From an uncultured Burkholderiales bacterium (GTDB lineage: Bacteria > Actinomycetota > Acidimicrobiia > IMCC26256 > JAGPDB01), in assembly GCA_964391505.1 (NCBI GenBank), contig CAYMMG010000004.1, positions 2,920 to 66,919 of the forward strand: DNA of 64,000 nt, in the 5' to 3' direction. Position numbers and translations under genes: made by a program. The notes below the pieces were generated by a model, which made no database searches, was not told the DNA's origin, and saw only the letters and a program-made list of their open reading frames with translations. This document shows, piece by piece, positions 1 to 9,536 of this stretch. How positions within the stretch are numbered: the first letter of the stretch is position 1; each line of letters starts with the position of its first letter.

Positions 1-922
1 TTCTCGTATCAAGAACAATGAAGCGTGTGCCGCGAGGAGTTGTCACTGTTCGCTGATACCCTTGCGTTGTTGCATCCTCGAGGCAAGGGTAAGTAGTGGA
101 AAAAGCACGTGTGCCCGCCTGAAAAACACGTACATCATTGAAGCCCTGCACATCATTTTTAAACTCATGATCATCGGGAAGGTATATACCCGGAATCATT
201 GAGAGGAGCATGCGCTTATAGTGATCGTTATACACCCAGTGACGCATCAGCATGCGCTGGTATTCATTTGCGTCCGGCATAATATCGGCCCGCACTGCTG
301 AAGCGCCCGACTGATATTCATAGGACAAATCGCCAATAAAAAAACACATGTCAGGATTTAATCTTCGTAAGTATTCGAGCATGTCCCAAAAGCCTTCGCC
401 GTAGTTCATACAAGAAATAAATGCGTAGCGCTCGAAATCGCGTTCCGTTCCATCTCTATCGAGTGCGCGCACAAGTGGAGAATGCGTATAGCCAACATAT
501 TGTTTTCTCGAGCCTTCATAAAAAAGTTCGTAGCGATACCGAATTGAAGTGTCGAGACCTGTGATTGTTTCACCAGTCCAGTAGTCATTGAGTGAACGTG
601 CTTTGATTTCTATCTCGCGGATTAATGAAGAATCCTCATCGTTATAGAGTCTGAACATTCCATGAGTTGCCTCTATCTCTGTTCTCGGGCACATCCGCGT
701 AGTGAATCTAAAACTATTAGAGCTCAACCAACTTGTTCTCACTCCATGAGAAAAAGGTCCATGGCGGAACCGCTCTCTCTCAATATTGGGAACGAGACGT
801 GCAAAACGTTCCGGTGCAACGCTAGGAGGAAAATAGAGAGCAGAAGCCAACGCAGCCCCACCATAGACACCTAATCTCAATGCATCGCGACGACTGAGCC
901 TCGGAATATTCGCATCAGCCAT
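1..922 (-). CDS. phoD: PhoD-family alkaline phosphatase, Tat-exported (runs off window start)
   Basis: Translated by hand from ATG at 922 (not in ORF track): MADANIPRLSRRDALRLG (twin-Arg signal), FISCMNY, FFIGDLSYE, PDDHEFKND PhoD-type metal motifs. Confidence 0.8.
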   Translation of the reverse strand, partial: MADANIPRLSRRDALRLGVYGGAALASALYFPPSVAPERFARLVPNIERERFRHGPFSHGVRTSWLSSNSFRFTTRMCPRTEIEATHGMFRLYNDEDSSLIREIEIKARSLNDYWTGETITGLDTSIRYRYELFYEGSRKQYVGYTHSPLVRALDRDGTERDFERYAFISCMNYGEGFWDMLEYLRRLNPDMCFFIGDLSYEYQSGASAVRADIMPDANEYQRMLMRHWVYNDHYKRMLLSMIPGIYLPDDHEFKNDVQGFNDVRVFQAGTRAFSTTYPCLEDATTQGYQRTVTTPRGTRFIVLDTR

Positions 923-973
923 AACTGTCCACTTTATACCTTATTAGATGTATGGACAATTCTTTACGAGAAA

Positions 974-1696
974 TTACTTACTTAAACTTCCAGGGGTGAA
1001 CTCTGCCAAGTAGCCTGCGAAGGTTTCGTATTCTCCGGTGAGGAGCAAGACGCCCAGGATAATAAGAAGAACGGCTGTAAATTTCTCGATCTTGTGAGAG
1101 ATGCTCGCAAGTTTGCTGATGAGGTGTGGGTAGGAAGCCAGCAGTAACGACACCACAAGGAACGGAACACCAATTCCCATGGCATAGGCAAACAAATAAA
1201 TTGTTCCGGTCAACACATGACCACTCGTTGCTGAAACAGATAATGCAGCACCGAGTAACGGTCCAACACATGGCGACCAAGCTGCACCAAATGCAACGCC
1301 AAGAATCACGGGACGGAAAAGTTCGAGCTTGCCCGTACAGTGAGGGACTATCGGTAAGAGTCGTTTTTCTTGACCGAAGATTGTGCGAAACATACCAAGC
1401 AACACAAAACCCATGATCACAAGAATAATTCCGCCTGCAATTTTTACAAATTCTTTAACATCTTCAAGCGCAAAACCAAAAGCACCGGCTATTGCTCCGA
1501 GGCTTGCAAAAACTAGAGAAAATCCAAGAATAAAAAGCAAAGTAGGAAGGATAGGAGTCTTAGTCTTTTCCCCTTCTGTTGCTTGGGGAACTTCACCAGC
1601 GATCATACCCAGGTATGCAGGAACGAGAGGGACAACACACGGTGCAAGAAAACTTGCAATCCCCGCTCCAAAGAGCGCGAAAATATACGCGAACAT
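974..1696 (-). CDS. ccdA: Cytochrome c biogenesis/disulfide transporter CcdA
   Basis: SFLAPCVVPLVPAYL and WSPCVGP motifs; multiple TM segments. Confidence 0.9.
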   Translation of the reverse strand: MFAYIFALFGAGIASFLAPCVVPLVPAYLGMIAGEVPQATEGEKTKTPILPTLLFILGFSLVFASLGAIAGAFGFALEDVKEFVKIAGGIILVIMGFVLLGMFRTIFGQEKRLLPIVPHCTGKLELFRPVILGVAFGAAWSPCVGPLLGAALSVSATSGHVLTGTIYLFAYAMGIGVPFLVVSLLLASYPHLISKLASISHKIEKFTAVLLIILGVLLLTGEYETFAGYLAEFTPGSLSK

Positions 1697-1698
1697 CT

Positions 1699-2787
1699 TT
1701 ATGCCCCAAATGTAAATGAATAAAGTGCAATGTTGGGTGACTTGGCCGTGAACACAAGAATGTGTGATTCGACAGAATCAGAAGTAATTACATTGAGAAG
1801 ATCTGAAGTTGTTACCAAAAGATATGTATTGCCCGATGAATCAACCATGATATCTTTCCCCCTCATCGCCTCAGGAACAGGCTTCCCGTCTAGAGTCACT
1901 TCTAGATTCCCAGTGCCCGAACTAGAAACAGGTTCGGCCACAATGTTGACCTCCCCTGCCCTGTAACTCAACGTCAGCTTTGCGCCATCGGTCACCAAGA
2001 CTGTGCGCTCACTCTGTACATCGACAGAACCAAAAAGAGCAACCTGGTCCTGAAGCGGCTGATCATCTACTATAACTGTCGATTGTCCAGTCGGAGCATT
2101 GAGTTGGCCTCGAACCGGATTGATATAGATCTCATGAGTAATAGCCTCATCGATGTCTCGGCTTTTCTCGCCCGGAAGCTCCGCTCGCGGGGCTGAGTTC
2201 TTCACGCCGAGAAGCTTTCGAATTACATTTTCTGTTTCTTCGTATGCTCCTTCTCCATAGTGGTGATAACGAATCTGGCCTTCCTTGTCCGATATATATT
2301 TTGCAGGCCAATACTGGTTTTCAAAGTTCAACCAGTTCACCATATTGTCATCAAACAAAACTGGCCACGTCACTCCATATTTTTTTGTGGCCTTTTCGAT
2401 ATTCTCATCGACTTTTTCAAAATCAAACTCGGGTGAATGGATTCCAATAAGAACGAGCCCTTCATCCTTGTACCGATCCCACAATGCACGTAGATAAGGA
2501 AAAGTACGTTGACAATTAATACAAGAGTATGTCCAGAAATCGTAAACAACTACTTTGCCTTCGAGATCTTCTGGTGTGTACCCTTTCGTATTCAACCAAC
2601 CAAGTGACGTATCCAGCTCTGGCGCTTGCTCTCTTTCAATAGGGAGATTATTAACATCAACCTTTGGTCCGATATCGTCAGGATCAACATTGCTCGCAAA
2701 GAGTACGGCAGCGATGCCTATCACAATAACGAGAACCAAGATAATGAGCGGCTGTTGAGTAGGGCTCGGGATCCTGCTTTTGTTCAT
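1699..2787 (-). CDS. Membrane-anchored thioredoxin-like redoxin (DipZ C-terminal type)
   Basis: N-terminal TM, DFWTYSCINCQR CxxC, HSPEFDFEK, YWPAKY, C-terminal YSFTFG. Confidence 0.85.
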   Translation of the reverse strand: MNKSRIPSPTQQPLIILVLVIVIGIAAVLFASNVDPDDIGPKVDVNNLPIEREQAPELDTSLGWLNTKGYTPEDLEGKVVVYDFWTYSCINCQRTFPYLRALWDRYKDEGLVLIGIHSPEFDFEKVDENIEKATKKYGVTWPVLFDDNMVNWLNFENQYWPAKYISDKEGQIRYHHYGEGAYEETENVIRKLLGVKNSAPRAELPGEKSRDIDEAITHEIYINPVRGQLNAPTGQSTVIVDDQPLQDQVALFGSVDVQSERTVLVTDGAKLTLSYRAGEVNIVAEPVSSSGTGNLEVTLDGKPVPEAMRGKDIMVDSSGNTYLLVTTSDLLNVITSDSVESHILVFTAKSPNIALYSFTFGA

Positions 2788-2839
2788 ACCCTAACTTACG
2801 CCACCGGAGGTAATGTCTGATTGATTATGTGAAACTTGA

Positions 2840-4933
2840 TCACTTGAAATTCTTCCACCCAGTCGCTACGACCACACCTGTACTGGGGAAATAAAAACTA
2901 TTTCCACCTTGGGCGGTGTTCTTAAAAAAGATCATCTCACCTTGTGCATTTCGTACTATAAGGTCAACCCGACGATCTCTGTCAAAATCGCCAGCTACGA
3001 GTGAATTGAAATTTCCCCAACCAGTAGCAACAACAACCGGATCATCATCCAGCACGAATGCGTTGTCGGTATTGGATTGATTCCTATAGAAAAGAAGTTG
3101 TCCAATATCACTCCGAGCAATCACGTCGGTGCGTCCATCACGGTCGAAGTCAGCTGAAGCGAAGCCTGTGTAACTATCCCAACCAGTAGCAACAACTACA
3201 CCTGGAGGATTACGAAAAATTGATTCCGGTCCTGGTTGTATTCCTTGGGGTATTTCATTCTTAATAAACAGCATTTGACCCATCGTGTTACGCACCAACA
3301 TATCGACACGTCCATCGTTGTCAAAGTCGCCAGACATATGCGCCGTATAATCTTGCCAACCCGATCCGGCAAACGAAGCGACACCAAACTTAAATGCGTT
3401 TGTTGTATTTGTAACATTGGGATAGAGCTTCATTTTCCCAACAGAATTGCGAATCAATGCATCAGTTCGTCCGTTACCGTCAAAGTCGCCAGATGTGATG
3501 TTATTAAATCCTTGCCAACCATTCGCTACAACTACTCCTTTACGGAAAGTAAATCGAGGAGAAGCGTTAGCTACGTTTTTAAAGAATTTCATTTTCCCTG
3601 TTGCCGTACGAGCTAAGAGATCAATGCGGCCATCATTATCAAAGTCTCCTGACACAAATGGTGTGGGTATAGGAGGAGGAGTAATCGCAATGAGTTTTCT
3701 GGTGGCCGCGGGGATATTGAGAAAACGTCGCGTATAACCCCGTGCAGTCAGAGACGGTCCCGAACTCGCTAGCGCTTGAGCCACCACCGTTGCTCGCGCA
3801 TAAGGCGCAGCCTGTTTCAGAATTGCAACAGCACCTGCAACATGCGGAGTTGCTTGTGAAGTTCCTCCAAAGGTATGTCCTCCCGCAGTGATATCTGTTC
3901 CCGGAGCGAAGAGGGCAAGTTCGCTCGAAATATTGGTGAAGCACGTGACTTGGTTTACACGCGGAGCGTTATCAGTACATGCATCCCATACGCGATTCTG
4001 GCTAAAGTTGGCATCGTAAGTTGCACCCACCGCGACTGCCCCTGGCAAACATGCTGGACTGCCCATTTCTGCTGTCGCCCCATTATTTCCTGAACCAGCG
4101 ACAGGAAGGACATCTACTGCCAACAAAGCTTGAATTTCATTGTAAAGAGGTCTAGTAATTCCACAAGTACCTTGCGGGTAAAGGTCCTGCGACATAAAAC
4201 TCATGTTGACAGCAACCATATTGATGCCGAGCGCTTTACGCGATATCACATCATTAATCGCACCCGTAATGTTGTCCATATTGTATCGAATAACAGTTGT
4301 TCCTCGAGCTACGTCGAGAACAATCGCAGTGACATTATCGCCATGGCCACTCATATCATCGATGACTGCAACCTGCGTTCCTTCGCCTGTGCGGCCATCA
4401 TTAAGTGCAGGTGATGATTTAATAAGTGCAAGACTTTGAGCATCTGCTGTCGTGACAAATTTTGGATAGACCGAAAGCGATGCAATGTTCCCCGCAGCAA
4501 GAATTGTATTAACATCTGCAACAGACCTAAGACGCACTTTAACAATTGGTAAGTATTCATAATCTTTCACAATGAGATTCGATTTTATTTTCGAGCGAAG
4601 TGATCTTTTAGAAGCAACCACAGATGAATGCCATTGGTTAACCATAGAGATTCGTTCTTCTTTTGTGCTTACCTTGGAACCATTCGAGCTAGAAGAAATT
4701 TTGGTCGCAACGTAGACATCAACAGTTTTCTTAGCTTTAAGCAGAGTACGGATCTGGGGATTGACATATACGCCGGACTCTGCCGCCGAAGAAGTGCCTA
4801 TATCAGCAAAATTCGCGCCTGCTAAAACTACAGCGATGAAAAAAATCCGCACCCATAATCCATACCGAATAAACATCGAAGCCACATCCTTGTCTCTTTT
4901 CGAGAAAAAGATAGTAGACGAATCAAGAATCAA
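2840..4933 (-). CDS. Secreted S8 subtilase with C-terminal FG-GAP/VCBS-like repeats (true start may be downstream)
   Basis: VAVIDD, HG, AGSGN, GTSQATPHVAG; five (G/A)DFDxxxRxD repeats with VVATGW-like linkers. Confidence 0.85.
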   Translation of the reverse strand: MILDSSTIFFSKRDKDVASMFIRYGLWVRIFFIAVVLAGANFADIGTSSAAESGVYVNPQIRTLLKAKKTVDVYVATKISSSSNGSKVSTKEERISMVNQWHSSVVASKRSLRSKIKSNLIVKDYEYLPIVKVRLRSVADVNTILAAGNIASLSVYPKFVTTADAQSLALIKSSPALNDGRTGEGTQVAVIDDMSGHGDNVTAIVLDVARGTTVIRYNMDNITGAINDVISRKALGINMVAVNMSFMSQDLYPQGTCGITRPLYNEIQALLAVDVLPVAGSGNNGATAEMGSPACLPGAVAVGATYDANFSQNRVWDACTDNAPRVNQVTCFTNISSELALFAPGTDITAGGHTFGGTSQATPHVAGAVAILKQAAPYARATVVAQALASSGPSLTARGYTRRFLNIPAATRKLIAITPPPIPTPFVSGDFDNDGRIDLLARTATGKMKFFKNVANASPRFTFRKGVVVANGWQGFNNITSGDFDGNGRTDALIRNSVGKMKLYPNVTNTTNAFKFGVASFAGSGWQDYTAHMSGDFDNDGRVDMLVRNTMGQMLFIKNEIPQGIQPGPESIFRNPPGVVVATGWDSYTGFASADFDRDGRTDVIARSDIGQLLFYRNQSNTDNAFVLDDDPVVVATGWGNFNSLVAGDFDRDRRVDLIVRNAQGEMIFFKNTAQGGNSFYFPSTGVVVATGWKNFK

Positions 4934-4973
4934 ATATCAAGGCGAGCTTATGGACCCTAAACGTTGTGGTAAT

Positions 4974-5492
4974 TCAGATCTTTGCATCAGCAAAGGAAAC
5001 GGAAAACCGCTTACACCAGATAACTACATGTGCGTATTCGCTGACATTTACATCGCTCGGTATCAAGTAGTTGGCATCTCCCTTATTTGCAACCAGTTCA
5101 CCCAAGTCAACGAAATCTGATGGCGTTCCATTATCCGACAGACTTTTTGCAATGTATACCTTAAGATCAGGACCATTGTCCGTACTGAGATTTTCGAATC
5201 TCACGTATGTTTTGCCATCGTTGTCTTGAGTAAGGAATACTTCACCTGTAGTTTTATGCTCCCGAGAAACCCACGTGGACTTTGCCGGCAATGTTGTGGT
5301 GGGTGTCGTCGAACTCTCTGAAGTTTGAGAAGTGGCGGTAGGCGCCACACGAGCAATGACTTTACCCTTTTGATCTTCTTTTGCTGTTTTATCGATAAAC
5401 AACGCCTGTGGTTCGAAATAGACCAGAATAAAAATGATTATTGCTGATATCACAGCAACTGCCGAACCCCAGATAATGCGTTTTTTCTTCAT
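4974..5492 (-). CDS. DM13 domain protein
   Basis: N-terminal TM, GPDLKVY and VVIWCKRFSVSFADA. Confidence 0.85.
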   Translation of the reverse strand: MKKKRIIWGSAVAVISAIIIFILVYFEPQALFIDKTAKEDQKGKVIARVAPTATSQTSESSTTPTTTLPAKSTWVSREHKTTGEVFLTQDNDGKTYVRFENLSTDNGPDLKVYIAKSLSDNGTPSDFVDLGELVANKGDANYLIPSDVNVSEYAHVVIWCKRFSVSFADAKI

Positions 5493-5533
5493 GAGAACAC
5501 CTTAGCGAACTTCGTGTGCCAGAGCGAACAAGC

Positions 5534-6766
5534 TTATGGGGAAGCTGTAGTGATAGTAAACAAAGCCTTTGTTGCGCCGCGAATATTGAGAAATCTTCGC
5601 GTCACTCCTCTAAAAGTGATCGACTTTCCTGCACTCTTTAATGCTTTTGTGGTCTGAAAATTATTTGCAGAAGGTACCGCTTGTCTCAGCATGGCGACAG
5701 CACCAGAAACATGGGCAGTAGCCTGAGAGGTGCCCGACATCGCTATTCCTGCAGCAGTTATATTGTGTCCGGGTGCCCAAATATCAAGGTCTTTAGAGAC
5801 ATTGGTAATGCAGGCCGGCTGTTTCACCCGCGGAGCATTATCTGAACAAGTATTGGGATGTCCCGGTGTTGCCGGGTATGTCCATTTCACGGACCATGTT
5901 TGATCGTAGGTAGCTCCCACAGCAACAACTCCCGGCAAACATGCCGGGCTATTCATGCGACCCGTACGGACGTCATTCCCAGCCGCTGCAACGGGAAGAA
6001 TGTTAACAGCAAGCAACGAAGCAATCACTGCATCAAGTCCGGTGTTCACACATCTTCCAAAACTAAAACTTACGCCAGTAATACCAAAGCTCATGTTGGC
6101 AGCAACAACGTTGACACCCGTTGCCTTACGCGCGACAATTCGGCTTATGGATCCAAGTATGTCATTGAAGTTGTACTTCACAACATTGGCACCTGGAGCA
6201 ACGTCTTTGATAATGGCGGCTACATTCTTTCCATGGTTACCTGTGTCATCGATAACCGCGACTTCTGTTCCTGCCCCATTTCTTCCGTTATTCAAAGAAG
6301 GGGAAGCTTTAATCAAAGGTATGCTTTGCGCATCGCCGGCAATAGTTAGTTTTGGCCGTAACGATACGAAGACATTACTTCCTGATCCAAGAACCGCATC
6401 GAGATCTGAAAGGGATTTGAGTCGAGCTTCAATCACCGGCACGTACTGGTAGCTACGAACATAATTGGATGTTTTTAAGTTTGCTTTAATTTTCTTTTTT
6501 GCATTTTCAACAGAGCTAGACCAACTACTAATAGCTTGTTTGGTAACCGCTTGAGATGTGAATGATTCTGGCGATGGTGCGACTACATTCGAGATATTGA
6601 TCCACACGTCGACAGGTTTTCCTGATTGAAGAAGTTGCTTCACAACAGAGTCAACAACACCCACCTGAGCTGCGGAGGCAGGCTGCACATTTACTCCTAC
6701 AAATACAGAACAAATCAGGGAACATATAACTGCGGCCCTCACAAAAAGTCTTTGTACTCTCAACAT
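5534..6766 (-). CDS. Secreted S8 subtilase, paralog of 2840..4933 without the repeat domain
   Basis: Signal peptide, VAVIDDTGNHG, AAAGND, GTSQATAHVSG; shares SPACLPG and DNAPRV with paralog. Confidence 0.85.
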   Translation of the reverse strand: MLRVQRLFVRAAVICSLICSVFVGVNVQPASAAQVGVVDSVVKQLLQSGKPVDVWINISNVVAPSPESFTSQAVTKQAISSWSSSVENAKKKIKANLKTSNYVRSYQYVPVIEARLKSLSDLDAVLGSGSNVFVSLRPKLTIAGDAQSIPLIKASPSLNNGRNGAGTEVAVIDDTGNHGKNVAAIIKDVAPGANVVKYNFNDILGSISRIVARKATGVNVVAANMSFGITGVSFSFGRCVNTGLDAVIASLLAVNILPVAAAGNDVRTGRMNSPACLPGVVAVGATYDQTWSVKWTYPATPGHPNTCSDNAPRVKQPACITNVSKDLDIWAPGHNITAAGIAMSGTSQATAHVSGAVAMLRQAVPSANNFQTTKALKSAGKSITFRGVTRRFLNIRGATKALFTITTASP

Positions 6767-6874
6767 TGCTCTACCTTTCTATTCCGAAATGCTATCTCCA
6801 CAAACGAAGAAATACAAAATAGCTCCCCTCACCAGCCCCAACCCATGCGGTATAAAACCGAAGCGGCTTAGAAT

Positions 6875-7417
6875 GTGACTATGCAAGATACCTATGAGAT
6901 TGTCGTCAAGATAGATGATCTGTACGCCAGATTATGGCTATGCAAAGCATCCGCTGGTGAAGAACCCGGCATACGCACTGCTCTTCTTTTATCAAAAGGC
7001 AGTGACTTCCACTTGACTAGGTACCCCGACGGGAAATCTCATCTCGAACTCACTCAAGGAGTGTTCACAGAGTATTTTTCGACTCCATTTAATCAAATTG
7101 GATTTGAAGATTTAATACCGCAAGGTACAGATAGAATTACCTGCAGGACAGCTGATTATTCTTCCTTACATGAATCGCACACGACGACTAAAGTTCGTCC
7201 GGAAAATGCGATAGTAATTGAAGTCGGTAAAAGTCTTCATAAAGAATTTATATATGGAGTTTACCTATCTAGAATGAGCGACGAAACAGCGATAAAGAGA
7301 ATATTAAAGTCGAATAACCTATATCCAGCCCCCGATGGATATATAAACACTTGTCTGGAAATTCATAAGATAGGACTTTTCCCTGATCTCCATTTTGTTT
7401 TTCTGGGTTACAGCTAA
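6875..7417 (+). CDS. Hypothetical protein
   Basis: 180-aa ORF filling an otherwise empty, AT-richer interval; no motif recognised. Confidence 0.55.
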   Translation: MTMQDTYEIVVKIDDLYARLWLCKASAGEEPGIRTALLLSKGSDFHLTRYPDGKSHLELTQGVFTEYFSTPFNQIGFEDLIPQGTDRITCRTADYSSLHESHTTTKVRPENAIVIEVGKSLHKEFIYGVYLSRMSDETAIKRILKSNNLYPAPDGYINTCLEIHKIGLFPDLHFVFLGYS

Positions 7418-7525
7418 ACATTCGACAATTTATTAATTCATGATGGTCCGCAAAATCAGTTCACCTTCTCTGAGAACTCATATCTGGACCAAAAGTTCCT
7501 TTGAATTTGAATAGAAGTTGTAGAC

Positions 7526-7595
7526 GGCAGGGACGAATCGGATTTTGAGCGACTTTGCATTGCACTCGGAGCGAGAAGTCTGATTCGTCCCTGCC
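7526..7595. repeat. Palindromic element with 31-bp core shared with 20361..20391
   Basis: 14-bp perfect IR GGCAGGGACGAATC/GATTCGTCCCTGCC around GAGCGACTTTGCATTGCACTCGGAGCGAGAA. Confidence 0.8.
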
Positions 7596-7695
7596 AGCCC
7601 AAACAGATTTCATAGGCAAGAAAATCACAGGGAGCGATCGGAGGAGCGACCGCGAGAACCGTCGGGCTCTGCCTGCGGTTCGACAATAAAAACAG

Positions 7696-7776
7696 TGGGC
7701 CGGGTAGGATTCGAACCTACGTAGCTTGCGCAGCAGATTTACAGTCTGCCCCCTTTGGCCACTCGGGTACCGACCC
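7696..7776 (-). tRNA. tRNA-Tyr (GTA), CCA not encoded
   Basis: Acceptor stem GGGTCGG/CCGGCCC, anticodon arm GCAGA-CTGTAAA-TCTGC, long variable arm, GGTTCGAATCC T-loop. Confidence 0.97.
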
Positions 7777-7872
7777 CCGTAAGATGTAACAGGCTAGCAA
7801 ACGGGTATCTCGAGGATTCGATTCATAGACCATTTGCCAAGCATGAACATGAACAAGATATAGGGGGCAATC

Positions 7873-8364
7873 ATGCCAAGTTTTGATGTTGTAAGTGAAG
7901 TCGATATTCAAGAAGTTCGTAATGCTGTGGATCAAACCAGCCGTGAAGTGGGAACACGCTTCGACTTCAAGGGGACTGAGTCGGTTATTGAATTCGATGG
8001 CAAGATCAAAATTAATATCAATTCAGCTACTGAGGACCGCGTTAAGGCAATTATCAATGTCTTGGAAGAAAAGTTTGTGAAGCGTCAACTTTCACTGAAA
8101 TCTCTTGATCACGGTAAGGGTGAAGAAGCTGCTGGTGCACGATACAAACAAGAACTCAGCTTGCGAGTGGGATTGACTACGGAAAAAGCTAAAGAGATAG
8201 GTAAGTACATTAAAGAAAATGGACCTAAGGGAATTCAACATCAAATTCAAGGTGACCAACTTCGAGTTATCGGCAAGAAACGTGATGACTTACAAGCAGT
8301 TATCGCCTTACTAAAAGAGCATAGTTTTGACTTACCGCTTCAGTTCGAAAATTTTAGAGACTAA
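7873..8364 (+). CDS. yajQ: YajQ family nucleotide-binding protein
   Basis: MPSFDVVSEVD start, RFDFKG, IQGDQLRVIGKKRDDLQ, LQFENFRD end. Confidence 0.95.
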   Translation: MPSFDVVSEVDIQEVRNAVDQTSREVGTRFDFKGTESVIEFDGKIKININSATEDRVKAIINVLEEKFVKRQLSLKSLDHGKGEEAAGARYKQELSLRVGLTTEKAKEIGKYIKENGPKGIQHQIQGDQLRVIGKKRDDLQAVIALLKEHSFDLPLQFENFRD

Positions 8365-8365
8365 C

Positions 8366-9457
8366 TTATATCGCGCGTCGTGCTGTAATAACAGTAAAAG
8401 CTCCGAGGCCATTTTCATCCATGAGTGTTTCGCGCTCACGAGCAAAACTTGATGAAGTCAGCGATTGCTTGTCGCCCTGCATCCATTGCTGAAGTTGATT
8501 ATAAGAGCTACCATCTCCAACAGGTACACAATATGCATCGATCCCATTTTTGAAAAGCCATTGTTCTTGTGATTCAAGAACAATCTTTGAAAAACCTTCT
8601 GTATCAAGGAGTACATGCATATCTTCTGAGGTGACATCTGTGGTTATGTCTCCTCTCACACCGCCTTCCAATGCAGTCAACACATTATCGACACCCACAA
8701 TACGTTGATTGTTCGCGTAGAGACGCAACCAATTTTCGTCGTGCATACGTGTAACTGACTTTATATAGTCAAAGAAGAGAAGCGAGAGATCCGTCACGTT
8801 GCTTGTTACTTGCACTAAGTCGCTAAACCATTCTGCAATCCCCGTATGAAGTGGGATTCGATAATCCCCAAGATTCATAGGAGCATTTGCCCCAGTAAGT
8901 GAATCAATGTTTCCGTGAATTCCAAAATATCCAAGAGCTGGAGGAATTGAGGCAATCCTGTCGGGCGCATACTGCTGATACACGTCCATAGTACGACCAA
9001 TATCAAACACAAGATTATCGAGGAGTTCATTAGCAATTACGAGTGTGGGCACGTCGCACTCGGGTAGCGTTTCATGAACCGACCACATAAACTCAGGAGA
9101 AATGCTGCGAAGTTTTTCTTCGGATATCGATCGATGTGCAGGAGAAATATCCACCAAGCGATAATCGATGTTTGCTGCATTGCGCAGAGATGCACGTGCG
9201 ATGCTTGCAGCTAACGAACCGGGCCCAGCCCCTGCTTCAATAACAATTGCTGGTGTATCCACGTCAAGGCTGTCATACCAATCATCGATATAGGATGCGA
9301 CTACATAACCAAAGAGGTCGCCGACTTCAGGTGAAGTGAGGTAGTCGCGTGTGCGACCAGCACCGCCACCAAGCGTGTAAAACCCCTCTTCGCCGTAGAG
9401 AGCTTCTTGCATATATTCTGCAAATTTGTTGGGGTTAAGTTCAGCCATTCCTCTCAT
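8366..9457 (-). CDS. NDUFAF7/MidA-family SAM-dependent methyltransferase
   Basis: FAEYMQEALY..GFY, DYLTSPE, EAGAGPG SAM motif, ANELLDNL, DITTDV. Confidence 0.85.
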   Translation of the reverse strand: MRGMAELNPNKFAEYMQEALYGEEGFYTLGGGAGRTRDYLTSPEVGDLFGYVVASYIDDWYDSLDVDTPAIVIEAGAGPGSLAASIARASLRNAANIDYRLVDISPAHRSISEEKLRSISPEFMWSVHETLPECDVPTLVIANELLDNLVFDIGRTMDVYQQYAPDRIASIPPALGYFGIHGNIDSLTGANAPMNLGDYRIPLHTGIAEWFSDLVQVTSNVTDLSLLFFDYIKSVTRMHDENWLRLYANNQRIVGVDNVLTALEGGVRGDITTDVTSEDMHVLLDTEGFSKIVLESQEQWLFKNGIDAYCVPVGDGSSYNQLQQWMQGDKQSLTSSSFARERETLMDENGLGAFTVITARRAI

Positions 9458-9503
9458 TTTCCCATAAATGATCGGAGTTCATCGGTGTTGAGCATATTAG
9501 CCA

Positions 9504-9530
9504 GAGATCCTTCGTTTGACTCAGGATGAC
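9504..9530. repeat. REP-like unit of the GAGATCCTTCG...CTCAGGATGAC family
   Basis: GAGATCCTTCGTTTGACTCAGGATGAC; related copies at 34486 and 58319. Confidence 0.7.
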
Positions 9531-9536
9531 TTGCTC

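Noticed and set aside
6875..7696. Possible genomic island integrated at the tRNA-Tyr 3-prime end
   Set aside because: No integrase and no duplicated tRNA 3-prime end noticed in the window; only one AT-richer orphan
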